From IMG/VR virus record IMGVR_UViG_3300037755_000886, positions 1 to 64,000 of that record: DNA of 64,000 nucleotides, one strand, 5' to 3'. Positions 1-7,772 of this stretch are shown piece after piece; the first letter of the stretch is position 1; every line of letters begins with the position of its first letter. The notes beneath the pieces were generated by a model. The model was not told the DNA's origin. It saw only the letters and a program-made list of their open reading frames with translations, and searched no databases. Source of the DNA: a virus. Lineage: Duplodnaviria > Caudoviricetes. The translations under genes and the position numbers were made by a program.

Positions 1-56
1 ATCTACCGCCAACCCGGATCGGTGAACTTACGCGCGCCAGCGACCGCGTTTCGCGT

Positions 57-335
57 TCACCATTCGCGCGAGACGTTGAGTGCTCGCTGCTTGCGTCGTT
101 CGTTCTCTTTTCGGATGTTGCACGTCAAGTGTTCGGCTTGGAGGTTGGCCCGGTCGGTGGGATGGCCGCCGTCGATGAGGGCGATGATGTGCCCGGCGGT
201 CGAGGACTGGAGGGCTGGCCATCGCAGGTGCGGGCACAGGGGGCGCCGGCATTCGCCGCAGTGCGTGGACTCGGCGATGACCTGGGCTCGCAGCCTCTGC
301 CATGGGCGTCCGGCTCGGCCCTTGCTCCGAGGCAC
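57..335 (-). CDS. HNH endonuclease, terminase-associated type
   Basis: GRPWQRLRAQV..CGEC..TAGHII..GG..DRANLQAEHLTCNIRK; GTG start at 335 chosen inside the longer ORF. Confidence 0.85.
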   Translation of the reverse strand: MPRSKGRAGRPWQRLRAQVIAESTHCGECRRPLCPHLRWPALQSSTAGHIIALIDGGHPTDRANLQAEHLTCNIRKENERRKQRALNVSREW

Positions 336-351
336 CCGGCCACCTGCTCGC

Positions 352-774
352 TCAGCCAGTGAACCGGGGTTCGGCCACGACAGCTGTGGCGGCGACGTCG
401 ACGGCGTTAAGTACCTCGGTGCGCCCGTCGACCTCGACGGGAACGGGGACCGGCACGGTGACGGGAACAGGGACCTCGACGGGCACGAGGATCGTGACGG
501 GCGGCGCCACCGTGGTGGTCGTGGCCTCGGTTGTGGTGGTCGTCGGCGCGACCGTCGTCGTGGTGGGCGCAGCGGTCGTGGTGGTGGTGCACGTGGTCGG
601 CGGGGCGCACTGGATGCAGCGCCTGGGCACGGCGAGCCGGCCGGGTGTGTCGTCGTCGACGACGGCGGGCGTGGTGCCGGGTGTGGCGTCAGCCGAGGTG
701 GCGAGGGCAGCGAGTCCGGTGAGTGCGAGGAGGGCGATGCCGGCGGCGGTGGCGGCACGGGCGTAGAGCTTCAC
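352..774 (-). CDS. Secreted Thr/Pro-rich protein ending AEPRFTG
   Basis: Signal peptide, poly-Thr tract, VPV repeats, C-terminal FTG; RBS upstream. Confidence 0.75.
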   Translation of the reverse strand: MKLYARAATAAGIALLALTGLAALATSADATPGTTPAVVDDDTPGRLAVPRRCIQCAPPTTCTTTTTAAPTTTTVAPTTTTTEATTTTVAPPVTILVPVEVPVPVTVPVPVPVEVDGRTEVLNAVDVAATAVVAEPRFTG

Positions 775-794
775 GGTGATCCTTCGGTGATGGG

Positions 795-863
795 TTAGCG
801 CAGGGCGCCGATGAGGATGAGAACGATGACGACGACGAGGACGATCACGATGAGGGAGCGCAC
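795..863 (-). CDS. 22-aa single-TM micropeptide MRSLIVIVLVVVIVLILIGALR
   Basis: GTG start with GGAGG RBS, TAA stop; read manually, below ORF-track cutoff. Confidence 0.6.
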   Translation of the reverse strand: MRSLIVIVLVVVIVLILIGALR

Positions 864-883
864 GGTGGCCTCCAGTGGAAGGT

Positions 884-935
884 GGGCGGGCCGCGCCTCT
901 GGCCCCTGTGACGATCCCGTTGGCGCGGCCCGCCC
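884..935. repeat. 14-bp perfect inverted repeat (hairpin or terminator-like)
   Basis: GGGCGGGCCGCGCC 884-897 / GGCGCGGCCCGCCC 922-935, intergenic. Confidence 0.7.
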
Positions 936-984
936 GTTGCTGTGACGGCGACCAGGGAGACGTGGCGTCCGTCGGCAGCGATGG

Positions 985-1146
985 TCAGGGGCGCCGTTCG
1001 TACCGCGGGACCGTCGGGTAGAAGCCGCCGCCGAACGCGAGGTGCGCGGCGACGAGGGCGAGGCCGAGGGTCACGAGGTCGATCGATCCGAGCGCCACCT
1101 TGAACAACGCCAGGATGAACACCACGAGCGCGACGAGGGCGAACAT
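985..1146 (-). CDS. 53-aa two-TM membrane protein
   Basis: MFALVALVVFILALFKVALGSIDLVTLGLALVAAHLAFGGGFYPTVPRYERRP; TGATG coupling to upstream gene. Confidence 0.7.
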   Translation of the reverse strand: MFALVALVVFILALFKVALGSIDLVTLGLALVAAHLAFGGGFYPTVPRYERRP

Positions 1147-1541
1147 CAGACGGGCTCGGGTTCGACCGGGGGCTCGGGCGCGGCGGGCGTGTTGGCGAGG
1201 ACGAGGGCGGCGAGGCGGTCCTTCTCGGCGGTGAGTGTCGAGGCGATAGCCAGGATCTCGGCGGGGTCGTCCGAGGCGTCGACGAGCTGCGCGGCCAGGC
1301 CCTCGACGAGGGCGGTCACCGAGTCGATGGCGTCGGAGAGGGGCTCGACCTCGTCGTAGATGGGCTGGAAGTTCGCCATGATGGCCTCCGTTGAGATGAT
1401 GTCGTTGACGGTGTTGAGGTCGATGGCCCGTTCGATGGCGGTGAGGCGGCGACCGAGGTGGAACAGGCTGCGGTTGATACGGGCAAGCGCGCTGTCGATG
1501 CCGTCGAGGGTGACGTACGCCGAGATGTTGGCGGTGGCCAT
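1146..1541 (-). CDS. Coiled-coil protein ending ..LAALVLANTP; internal start at 1379
   Basis: TGATG-coupled start at 1541; strong GGAGG before ATG 1379. Confidence 0.7.
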   Translation of the reverse strand: MATANISAYVTLDGIDSALARINRSLFHLGRRLTAIERAIDLNTVNDIISTEAIMANFQPIYDEVEPLSDAIDSVTALVEGLAAQLVDASDDPAEILAIASTLTAEKDRLAALVLANTPAAPEPPVEPEPV

Positions 1542-1780
1542 CAGCCGCCGCCCTGCGCCCGGGCGATGGCAGCCTTGGCCCACATGCTGGCCTGCTCGAG
1601 GTTGGTGATGGCGAGCGAGGCTTCGCGGCCGGATGGGAGGAGGCCGGCCAGTTCGGTGGCGGTGCCGATCATCAGCTCGGTGACGGAGTCGAGCGCCTCG
1701 GCGACGCCCGGGCCGATGGGCGGGTGGTTGGTGAACCGGTGCTCGATGTCCTCGGGGCTGATGGGCTGCGGCGCGGGCAT
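1541..1780 (-). CDS. Acb2/Tad1-like helical hairpin protein (candidate anti-defence nucleotide sponge)
   Basis: IEHRFTNHPP...SGREASLAITNLEQASMWAKAAIAR resembles the Tad1-type RExxxAxTxxEEAxMW motif. Confidence 0.65.
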   Translation of the reverse strand: MPAPQPISPEDIEHRFTNHPPIGPGVAEALDSVTELMIGTATELAGLLPSGREASLAITNLEQASMWAKAAIARAQGGG

Positions 1781-1789
1781 GCGTTCTCC

Positions 1790-2110
1790 TCAGGTCCCGA
1801 CTGTTGGGCCGGTGGATCCGTCGGTTTCGATCCACTCGAACTCGCCGACCGGCCGGTGCATCTGGCAGCTGCAGCAGTAGGTGGCGCCGTAGAAGGTGGG
1901 TTGCCGGGCGTAGGTCTCGGCGATGGCCGTGCCCATGGTGGTGCGCGCTCCGCAGGTCCGATGCCGGTAGGTGGCGCGCAGCGGGCGTACGAAGCCCTTG
2001 GACCGTTCGTCGTCGCTGAGCACGAGGTAGGCGTCGTTCTGCGGCACGGGCTCGTCGTCGGGCCCGTGGCCGAGACGCGGGTCGTTGCGGTCGCTCGTCA
2101 CGCCGGTCAT
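1790..2110 (-). CDS. Conserved phage Cys/His-rich hypothetical protein
   Basis: YLVLSDDERSKGFVRP..HRTCG..YGATYCCSCQMH. Confidence 0.75.
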   Translation of the reverse strand: MTGVTSDRNDPRLGHGPDDEPVPQNDAYLVLSDDERSKGFVRPLRATYRHRTCGARTTMGTAIAETYARQPTFYGATYCCSCQMHRPVGEFEWIETDGSTGPTVGT

Positions 2111-2787
2111 GGCAGGGCCTCCGTGGTGAGGTTCCGGTAGGCGAGCACGTGCCCGGGCTGGACATGTCCGGCGAACCAGCCGGGTTTCCCGGCGGCGGTG
2201 AGGGGCACGATGACGGCACCGGTGCAGCACGGGTCCACCCACGTCGGTTCGGCTTCGCCGGTGGGCCACACCTTGAAGTCGACGATGCTCCCGGTGGCGC
2301 GGGCGCACATGCGCCACGGCAACGGGACCACCGTGCCGTCAGGCTGGGTGATGGCGGGCACGGGGAAGCCGGTGCCGACCATCGTGAATGGGGCTTCGGG
2401 GTGGGCGAGGTCCCATACGTGGACGTTCACGACGGTGAAGACCGAGGCGTACACGTTCTTCGTGACCGTGATCCCCCGCTGGCCGTCCCAGCGCAGCAGG
2501 ATGCCCTCTTGGGCGAACCCGTGGGAGCTGGCATCCCACGTCGCGCACGCCGTCTGGTTGACGGTGGCCGGCGCGCCCGTGACCGTCCATGCGGCCCGGG
2601 AGTTGCCGCCGGTGTTGGTCGGTGGGGCGTGCACGACGGTTGAGCCCTGGTCGCCGTAGACGGTCAGGGTGTCGCCGCCGTCGGGTGTGAGGGCGATCAG
2701 GTCGTACGGCGTGCTGGCCGGCGCGGTGACCGGTTCGCAGGCGACGGCACCGAGCAGGAGCGCGGCGAAGGCGAGGAGGATGCGCAC
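2107..2787 (-). CDS. Lipoprotein, beta-rich
   Basis: GTG start with AGGAGG; VRILLAFAALLLGAVAC lipobox-like signal. Confidence 0.75.
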   Translation of the reverse strand: MRILLAFAALLLGAVACEPVTAPASTPYDLIALTPDGGDTLTVYGDQGSTVVHAPPTNTGGNSRAAWTVTGAPATVNQTACATWDASSHGFAQEGILLRWDGQRGITVTKNVYASVFTVVNVHVWDLAHPEAPFTMVGTGFPVPAITQPDGTVVPLPWRMCARATGSIVDFKVWPTGEAEPTWVDPCCTGAVIVPLTAAGKPGWFAGHVQPGHVLAYRNLTTEALP

Positions 2788-2902
2788 GGCAGTTCCTCCT
2801 GGCTCATCGGCCCGGAACGGCGAACGCCCACCGAGAGATCGGTGGGCGGAGGCGGTGACCAGCGAGTGGACAGACTCCACAGACTGATCGCGTGTAGCAG
2901 AG

Positions 2903-2931
2903 AGTTACACCGACGCGTGGTCGGCTGTCAA
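2903..2931 (-). promoter_or_regulatory. Candidate sigma70-type promoter with operator in spacer
   Basis: TTGACA-N17-GTAACT; spacer holds CCGAC-N5-GTCGG palindrome. Confidence 0.45.
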
Positions 2932-2948
2932 GTACCCATGTCCCTTTC

Positions 2949-3488
2949 TCAGAGGGTGCCCACCGTCCATGTGATCGGGTCGGGCAGGTGGAGGGTGTCG
3001 TTGCGCATGACCTTCACCGCCGGTCCCCTGTGACCGTCGGCGCTCAACATGTCACCGAACAGGGGCTGGCCGTCGAGGACGACCGAGAAGAACACGGTCG
3101 TGAGCCGGCCCTCGGGAACGTCGAGCCTGGCCCAGGTCGCCGGTGGCTCGATCACGATCCGGCCACTGGTCGGGCTCTCGGCGATCAGGAGTGCGCCGCG
3201 TTCGGATCGGGGGATCACGTTGCGGTCGAGGTCCGGTCCGGGGTTGCTGTGGTGGAGTTGGATGGTGCAGCGGACCTCGTGCGGGTACGACACGATGCGT
3301 TCGCCGAGCAGGTTGCCCAGCAGGATGTTCGAGAACGCCCGACTGAATCCGGTGGTCATGGGTTCGCTCCGTGTCGGGGCTTGCGATACCAGGGTGATGA
3401 ACTCGCGGGCGGCCGCCTCGTTCGAGAACACGCCCGTCACCTCGTCCTGCCACTTCTGCACGATCCACGCGAGTCGGTCCCTGGCCAT
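2949..3488 (-). CDS. Hypothetical protein; C-terminal part resembles small tail-associated proteins
   Basis: FSNILLGNLL..QLHHSNPG..; TGATG coupling; alternative start 3359. Confidence 0.55.
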   Translation of the reverse strand: MARDRLAWIVQKWQDEVTGVFSNEAAAREFITLVSQAPTRSEPMTTGFSRAFSNILLGNLLGERIVSYPHEVRCTIQLHHSNPGPDLDRNVIPRSERGALLIAESPTSGRIVIEPPATWARLDVPEGRLTTVFFSVVLDGQPLFGDMLSADGHRGPAVKVMRNDTLHLPDPITWTVGTL

Positions 3489-3964
3489 CAGTCGCGCCCC
3501 TCGATCTCGTCGACGGGACGCACGCCACGGATGTGGCACACGAGGTCGTAGACCATCTGGTCGTAGCCGGGCGCGTCCGTGTCGATCACCACGTAGTCGC
3601 CCCACGGGAAGGCGCGCAGTTTGGCGGCGAGATCGTTGTGACGGCCCGGTTTCGGTGATGGCCGCAGGTCGCTGACCGGGCGGACCGGCGACACGGGACC
3701 CCTCGGTCCGTGGTCGAATTCGTCGAGGGCCGATAGGAGCGCGGCAGCCTCGGCCGACCCCACCGGATGAACCACGACCCGGGGGACGACCGGCCGGCTG
3801 AGTTCGACACCGAGCCCGACAACACCGGTCAGGCCGGCGAGGAACGCCGGCAGGAGCCACCAATGCGACGACCATCGAGCCAGGGCCAGCATGGCGAGCG
3901 AGGCCACCGTGAACACGATGGCGATGGCGATTCCGGCGGGCTTGCTGGGTTCGGTCGGGGTCAA
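3488..3964 (-). CDS. Two-TM membrane protein
   Basis: Two N-terminal hydrophobic segments; coupled stop/start. Confidence 0.65.
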   Translation of the reverse strand: MTPTEPSKPAGIAIAIVFTVASLAMLALARWSSHWWLLPAFLAGLTGVVGLGVELSRPVVPRVVVHPVGSAEAAALLSALDEFDHGPRGPVSPVRPVSDLRPSPKPGRHNDLAAKLRAFPWGDYVVIDTDAPGYDQMVYDLVCHIRGVRPVDEIEGRD

Positions 3965-4533
3965 GGGATCTCCTCGGTTGGCGGCACCGTCGGCAACGGG
4001 AACGTCGGCAACGGCGCCTGTGTCGTGGGCGCGGCGGTCGGCGCCGGGGGCAACGTCGGGGCAGGCGTCAGCCGGGCGGCCGGGACGGTCGTCAGCGGTG
4101 GGGCCGGAGGCCGGGTGGGGCGAGGCGCACGGGTCGGTGGCACGGTCGGCCGGGCGGTCGGCCTCGGTGCCGGCCGCGGCCTCGTGGTGACGACCGCGGG
4201 CACGGTGGTAGCCACGGCCACGGTCGATGTCGGGGGCACGGGCACGGTCACGGCAGCGAGCGCGGTCGTTGCCGTCGTCACGGTCGACGGGCTCGGCTGG
4301 CCTGCGCCCCCTGACCTGGAGGCCAGCAGCACGACCGCGCCGACGGCGAGCACGGTGACGACCAGGATCGCGGCGAGGGCCGGGCCCACGAACGGCGGGA
4401 CACCGGAGCGCTTCGGCTCGGGTGGGACGGGCGGCCGGGGCATCTGCGGGTCGGTCGGGTCATCGGCCGACGGCCGGGGCATGTCGAGGGTCGGGTCGTC
4501 GTCGCCGATGACCGCTGGTGGGTGGCAGGTCAT
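3961..4533 (-). CDS. Single-pass Pro/Thr-rich membrane protein
   Basis: TM ALAAILVVTVLAVGAVVLLA then P/T-rich tail; ATGA overlap. Confidence 0.7.
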   Translation of the reverse strand: MTCHPPAVIGDDDPTLDMPRPSADDPTDPQMPRPPVPPEPKRSGVPPFVGPALAAILVVTVLAVGAVVLLASRSGGAGQPSPSTVTTATTALAAVTVPVPPTSTVAVATTVPAVVTTRPRPAPRPTARPTVPPTRAPRPTRPPAPPLTTVPAARLTPAPTLPPAPTAAPTTQAPLPTFPLPTVPPTEEIP

Positions 4534-5330
4534 GACGCCTCCCGATGTGGTGGCGCGTCCGGGTGCGGGGTGGCCGGCACCCATTCGCCGTCGACGTAGC
4601 GGCCGGCCGGGAACGGGCTGGCGGCCCGGTCCTCGCCGCGTTCGACCCGCCGCACCTTCGCCTCCCGCGCATCCGAGTACCGGCGGGGCACCCGGTGCCG
4701 CCTCTTCCGCAGCCACATCTGGGCGCACGCCCCGCACTTCTTGCCCCCGGGCCGGGGCGGCATGTCACACCCCAAGGGGTTGTCGCAGCGTCGGCTCGCT
4801 GGCAGCTCCCCCGTCCCGTCGAAGTCGGCCAGGACACCCTGAAGGGCGGCGTGGGCCAGCAGCAACTGGACGGCGGCCGCGTGTGCGGTCTTGCGCACCT
4901 CGAGATCGTCGACGTCGGTGATGCCGTCATCGAGGAGCCACTGCAGCCGTCGGGCCGTGCTGTAGACGGTCTCGCTGAACCCGAACCGGCGGGGCAGCCG
5001 AACCCGGCGCGGGGTGCGGCCACGGATCTCGTGCATGGCCTTCACCGCGACCGTGGCCAACCGGTGGGCGTCCGGGGCTTTCATCTCGGCGACCTCGCAC
5101 GCGGCCCTCGCCTGGTCGTTGCCGATCCCCGGGTCGAAGCGGCGGCCCGGGATGTAGTCCGGGTTGTCGCTGTCGGCGGGCCGGTGCAGGCGGGTGGGCC
5201 GGTCCGGGTCGCGACCCGGCGGCAGGTCGACCTCGGCCCGGATCCACCCGTGGTCGTCGACGAGCGGGTCGGCGGCGTGGATGGCCGAGATGAGCGTCTC
5301 GGCGAGCTGCTCGTCGGTCGGGGCGTTCAA
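4530..5330 (-). CDS. Basic Zn-finger protein, possible late transcription regulator
   Basis: C-x4-C...C-x2-C near C-terminus; position upstream of the terminal gene block. Confidence 0.5.
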   Translation of the reverse strand: MNAPTDEQLAETLISAIHAADPLVDDHGWIRAEVDLPPGRDPDRPTRLHRPADSDNPDYIPGRRFDPGIGNDQARAACEVAEMKAPDAHRLATVAVKAMHEIRGRTPRRVRLPRRFGFSETVYSTARRLQWLLDDGITDVDDLEVRKTAHAAAVQLLLAHAALQGVLADFDGTGELPASRRCDNPLGCDMPPRPGGKKCGACAQMWLRKRRHRVPRRYSDAREAKVRRVERGEDRAASPFPAGRYVDGEWVPATPHPDAPPHREAS

Positions 5331-5536
5331 CGGGCACCGCCGGTGGTGACGGTCGGGTCAGTGGTGCGATGGGGGAGCTTCTCGGGCAACGGGGAGGTCT
5401 TGTTCTGTGTCACGTCAAAGCTCCTGGGACGATACGATCGGGCCGGGTTGCCGGGTTCGTCACAGTTCTCGGCGAAGCGGTGAAGCAATGGGGATTGCGG
5501 GCCGCCGCCGGGTCAGGTCGGCGGCCCGCTCGGGTC

Positions 5537-5760
5537 TCAGGCGATCAGCCCGTGCTGTCGCGCCTCGCGCACCCACGTCGGATACCCGGCGAGCAGCGAC
5601 GTGAACATCTCCTCGTCGGTGAACGACCGGGGGTCGGCGACAGCGAAGAAGTTGGCGTTGTCGATCAGCCGACCGGCGAGCGTCGATGGACACACCAGCC
5701 TGCTTGGTCAGGTTTGACGAGGCTCGGGGCGTGCTGTTGGACCTTCGCGAGGTCGATCAT
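5537..5760 (-). pseudogene. Internally deleted, frameshifted vWA (TerF-associated type) remnant
   Basis: MIDLAKVQQHAPSLV, then (after one extra A) NLTKQAGVSI, joined to TLAGRLIDNANFFAVADP..LLAGYPTWVREARQHGLIA. Confidence 0.6.
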
Positions 5761-6052
5761 CGGGGGTTCCTCTCGGGTTGGGGGTCGGTTTCGATGGCAT
5801 GGCACGGACATCGGCACGCCGCGGCGCACGTCTTGCAGTGCCGACGGCAGGGACCGCGCACGCCGGGCAGATCGCACAGGCCGTGAATGCAGTAGGTCGA
5901 CGTGTAGCGGTGGGCGCCGCCTTGCTCGGTGTCGCGCTGGTGAGCGAGCTGCTCAGCTCGGGCTGTCGTCCGCCCCCACAGCCACGCCATCACCGCGGCG
6001 GCAATCACGCCCGTGGCACCACAAGCGATGATGGCAGCCCACAACGGCACCA

Positions 6053-6316
6053 TCACCAATGCCTCGTGAGCTTGCCCGGGTTCGGACCTGCCGGCGGTGG
6101 CGGTGGCGCGTCCTCGGCGGCCGGCAACGTGGCGTCCCCCTCGATGCTCACACCGTCGACTGTGAGTGTGGCCGTCACCCGGCCGCGAGCTCCACGGATC
6201 GCCGCCTCCCACTCGATCCGGCGCACACCCGGGACTGGGAGCCCGTTGACCGTGACCACCGTGCCCTCGGGCGTGCCATCCGAGGCGATGTGGACCACTG
6301 ACCGGACCGTCATCAC
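6053..6316 (-). CDS. Small beta-rich hypothetical protein
   Basis: Coupled to DivIVA-domain gene by ATGA overlap. Confidence 0.6.
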   Translation of the reverse strand: MMTVRSVVHIASDGTPEGTVVTVNGLPVPGVRRIEWEAAIRGARGRVTATLTVDGVSIEGDATLPAAEDAPPPPPAGPNPGKLTRHW

Positions 6317-7059
6317 GCCACCACCGCGGGCGTCTCAACCTCGGGTGCCCCGTCGGTGTCACCTTCAGTCGGTTCGACAGCGGCGAGCGCGGCCCGCACG
6401 TCCGGCACAGCGGCCTCGATGCCGTCGAGGACCGCGACGAACTCGGCGCGCTGGTCATCCCACGCGCCACGGGACTCGACGAGCCGGGCCATGCGGTCCT
6501 CGACGTACCCGCGCATCGCCCGCTCCCATGCGTCGAGGAGCGCCTTGCATTCCTGCAGGTGGGCGGTCCGGGCCTCCAGGTTGGCGACCAGATCGTCGGT
6601 TGCCCGTGGCGGGTCGGGCAGCTCAGGTTCGGTGGGCACCCCGGTGGCCTCGTTGGCGTGGGCGAGCGCCGCTTCGGCCTGATCCCACATGGCCCGGGTG
6701 CGCTGGCGGACCTGACGGAGTTCCTCGCGGGCGGCAGCCAGGTCGTGTTCGGCCTGGGCGGTCGCCCGCACCATGGCGTCGACGGCCATCACGGAAGGGC
6801 CGGCGGGCCCGCGCGGGTCGTCCCGGGCCGCTTTCGCCTCGCGCAACGCCCGGGCCTCGGTGACCAGCAGGTCCCGTTCCTGCTCCCACTTCGTGGCCTC
6901 GGTCACCATCCGGTCGATGAACGGGTCAACCTCGGCGGGGTCGTAGCCGCCCCTGCCGCCCCTGCCGAGGCGGGAGAAGTGCGTAGAGCGAATCGTGGCG
7001 GCGGTCCACGGGAGCCGCCCGGTCTGGTCGGCGTCTGCGGGTTCGACGGGCGCGGTCAT
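6313..7059 (-). CDS. DivIVA-domain protein
   Basis: WTAATIRSTHFSRLGRGGRGGYDPAEVDPFIDRM followed by coiled coil. Confidence 0.8.
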   Translation of the reverse strand: MTAPVEPADADQTGRLPWTAATIRSTHFSRLGRGGRGGYDPAEVDPFIDRMVTEATKWEQERDLLVTEARALREAKAARDDPRGPAGPSVMAVDAMVRATAQAEHDLAAAREELRQVRQRTRAMWDQAEAALAHANEATGVPTEPELPDPPRATDDLVANLEARTAHLQECKALLDAWERAMRGYVEDRMARLVESRGAWDDQRAEFVAVLDGIEAAVPDVRAALAAVEPTEGDTDGAPEVETPAVVA

Positions 7060-7772
7060 GCTTCTCCTCCAAAGTGGTCAACGGGCTGGCCGAGCCGGAG
7101 CAGGTCACCGGGGCGGGCTTGGGCGAGCGCGAGGGTGAGCGGGTCGTCGTCGACGTCGACGTAGATCGCCCAATGGCCGCCGTCGACGTCGAAGGGCTGC
7201 ACGGGCATCCAGCCGCCGGGTGTGCCGTTGAGGCTGACGGGCACGGTCAGGCCGGGTGTCGCGGTCAGCTCGGCGGGCGGTTGGAACACGATGTAGGCCC
7301 GGTCGTGCTGGCGGGACAGCTCGACGAACAGGATCCGGCTGTCCCACCACTTCGGTTCGGCCAGTCGCTCGGCTTCCCGCGCGGCGGCGATCATGACTTG
7401 GGCGACGGTGGCGTACGCGTCGGTCCAGGTCTTCTCGACGTCGGGCGTCCAGGCGTCGCCGAGGAAATGCTCGAGGGTGGCGAGCAGGGCCTGGCCGACC
7501 GCCGGGTAGTGCCCCTCGATGGCCCCGAACCGGCGGTGGCTGCGTCCTAGACGCTCGAGTTCGGGGACTACGACGGCGAGGTCGGCGGCGTGCGACACGA
7601 CCCGGCCAAGGACGTCGACGAGTTTGGCCCGCTGGTGGGACATGTCGGCGACCGGGAACAGCTGGCGGGTCCCGGGGTACTCCAGGAACAGCCACGAGTA
7701 GAACCAGCTGACGAGGCGGTCACCGTGCCGGGAGGCGTCAGCCCACGTGCCCTTGAGGAGGTCAGGATCCAC
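7056..7772 (-). CDS. Globin (flavohaemoglobin-like) with truncated or degenerate FAD-binding barrel
   Basis: FY..LF..YP.TRQLFP..HQRAKL..LG..H(F8)RRFG..HYPAVGQALL..W..AY; no NAD-binding domain. Confidence 0.9.
   Translation of the reverse strand: MDPDLLKGTWADASRHGDRLVSWFYSWLFLEYPGTRQLFPVADMSHQRAKLVDVLGRVVSHAADLAVVVPELERLGRSHRRFGAIEGHYPAVGQALLATLEHFLGDAWTPDVEKTWTDAYATVAQVMIAAAREAERLAEPKWWDSRILFVELSRQHDRAYIVFQPPAELTATPGLTVPVSLNGTPGGWMPVQPFDVDGGHWAIYVDVDDDPLTLALAQARPGDLLRLGQPVDHFGGEA

Noticed and set aside
7056-7772. Complete flavohaemoglobin (hmp)
   Set aside because: Only 238 aa; the NAD-binding domain is absent and the FAD-binding motif is degenerate.
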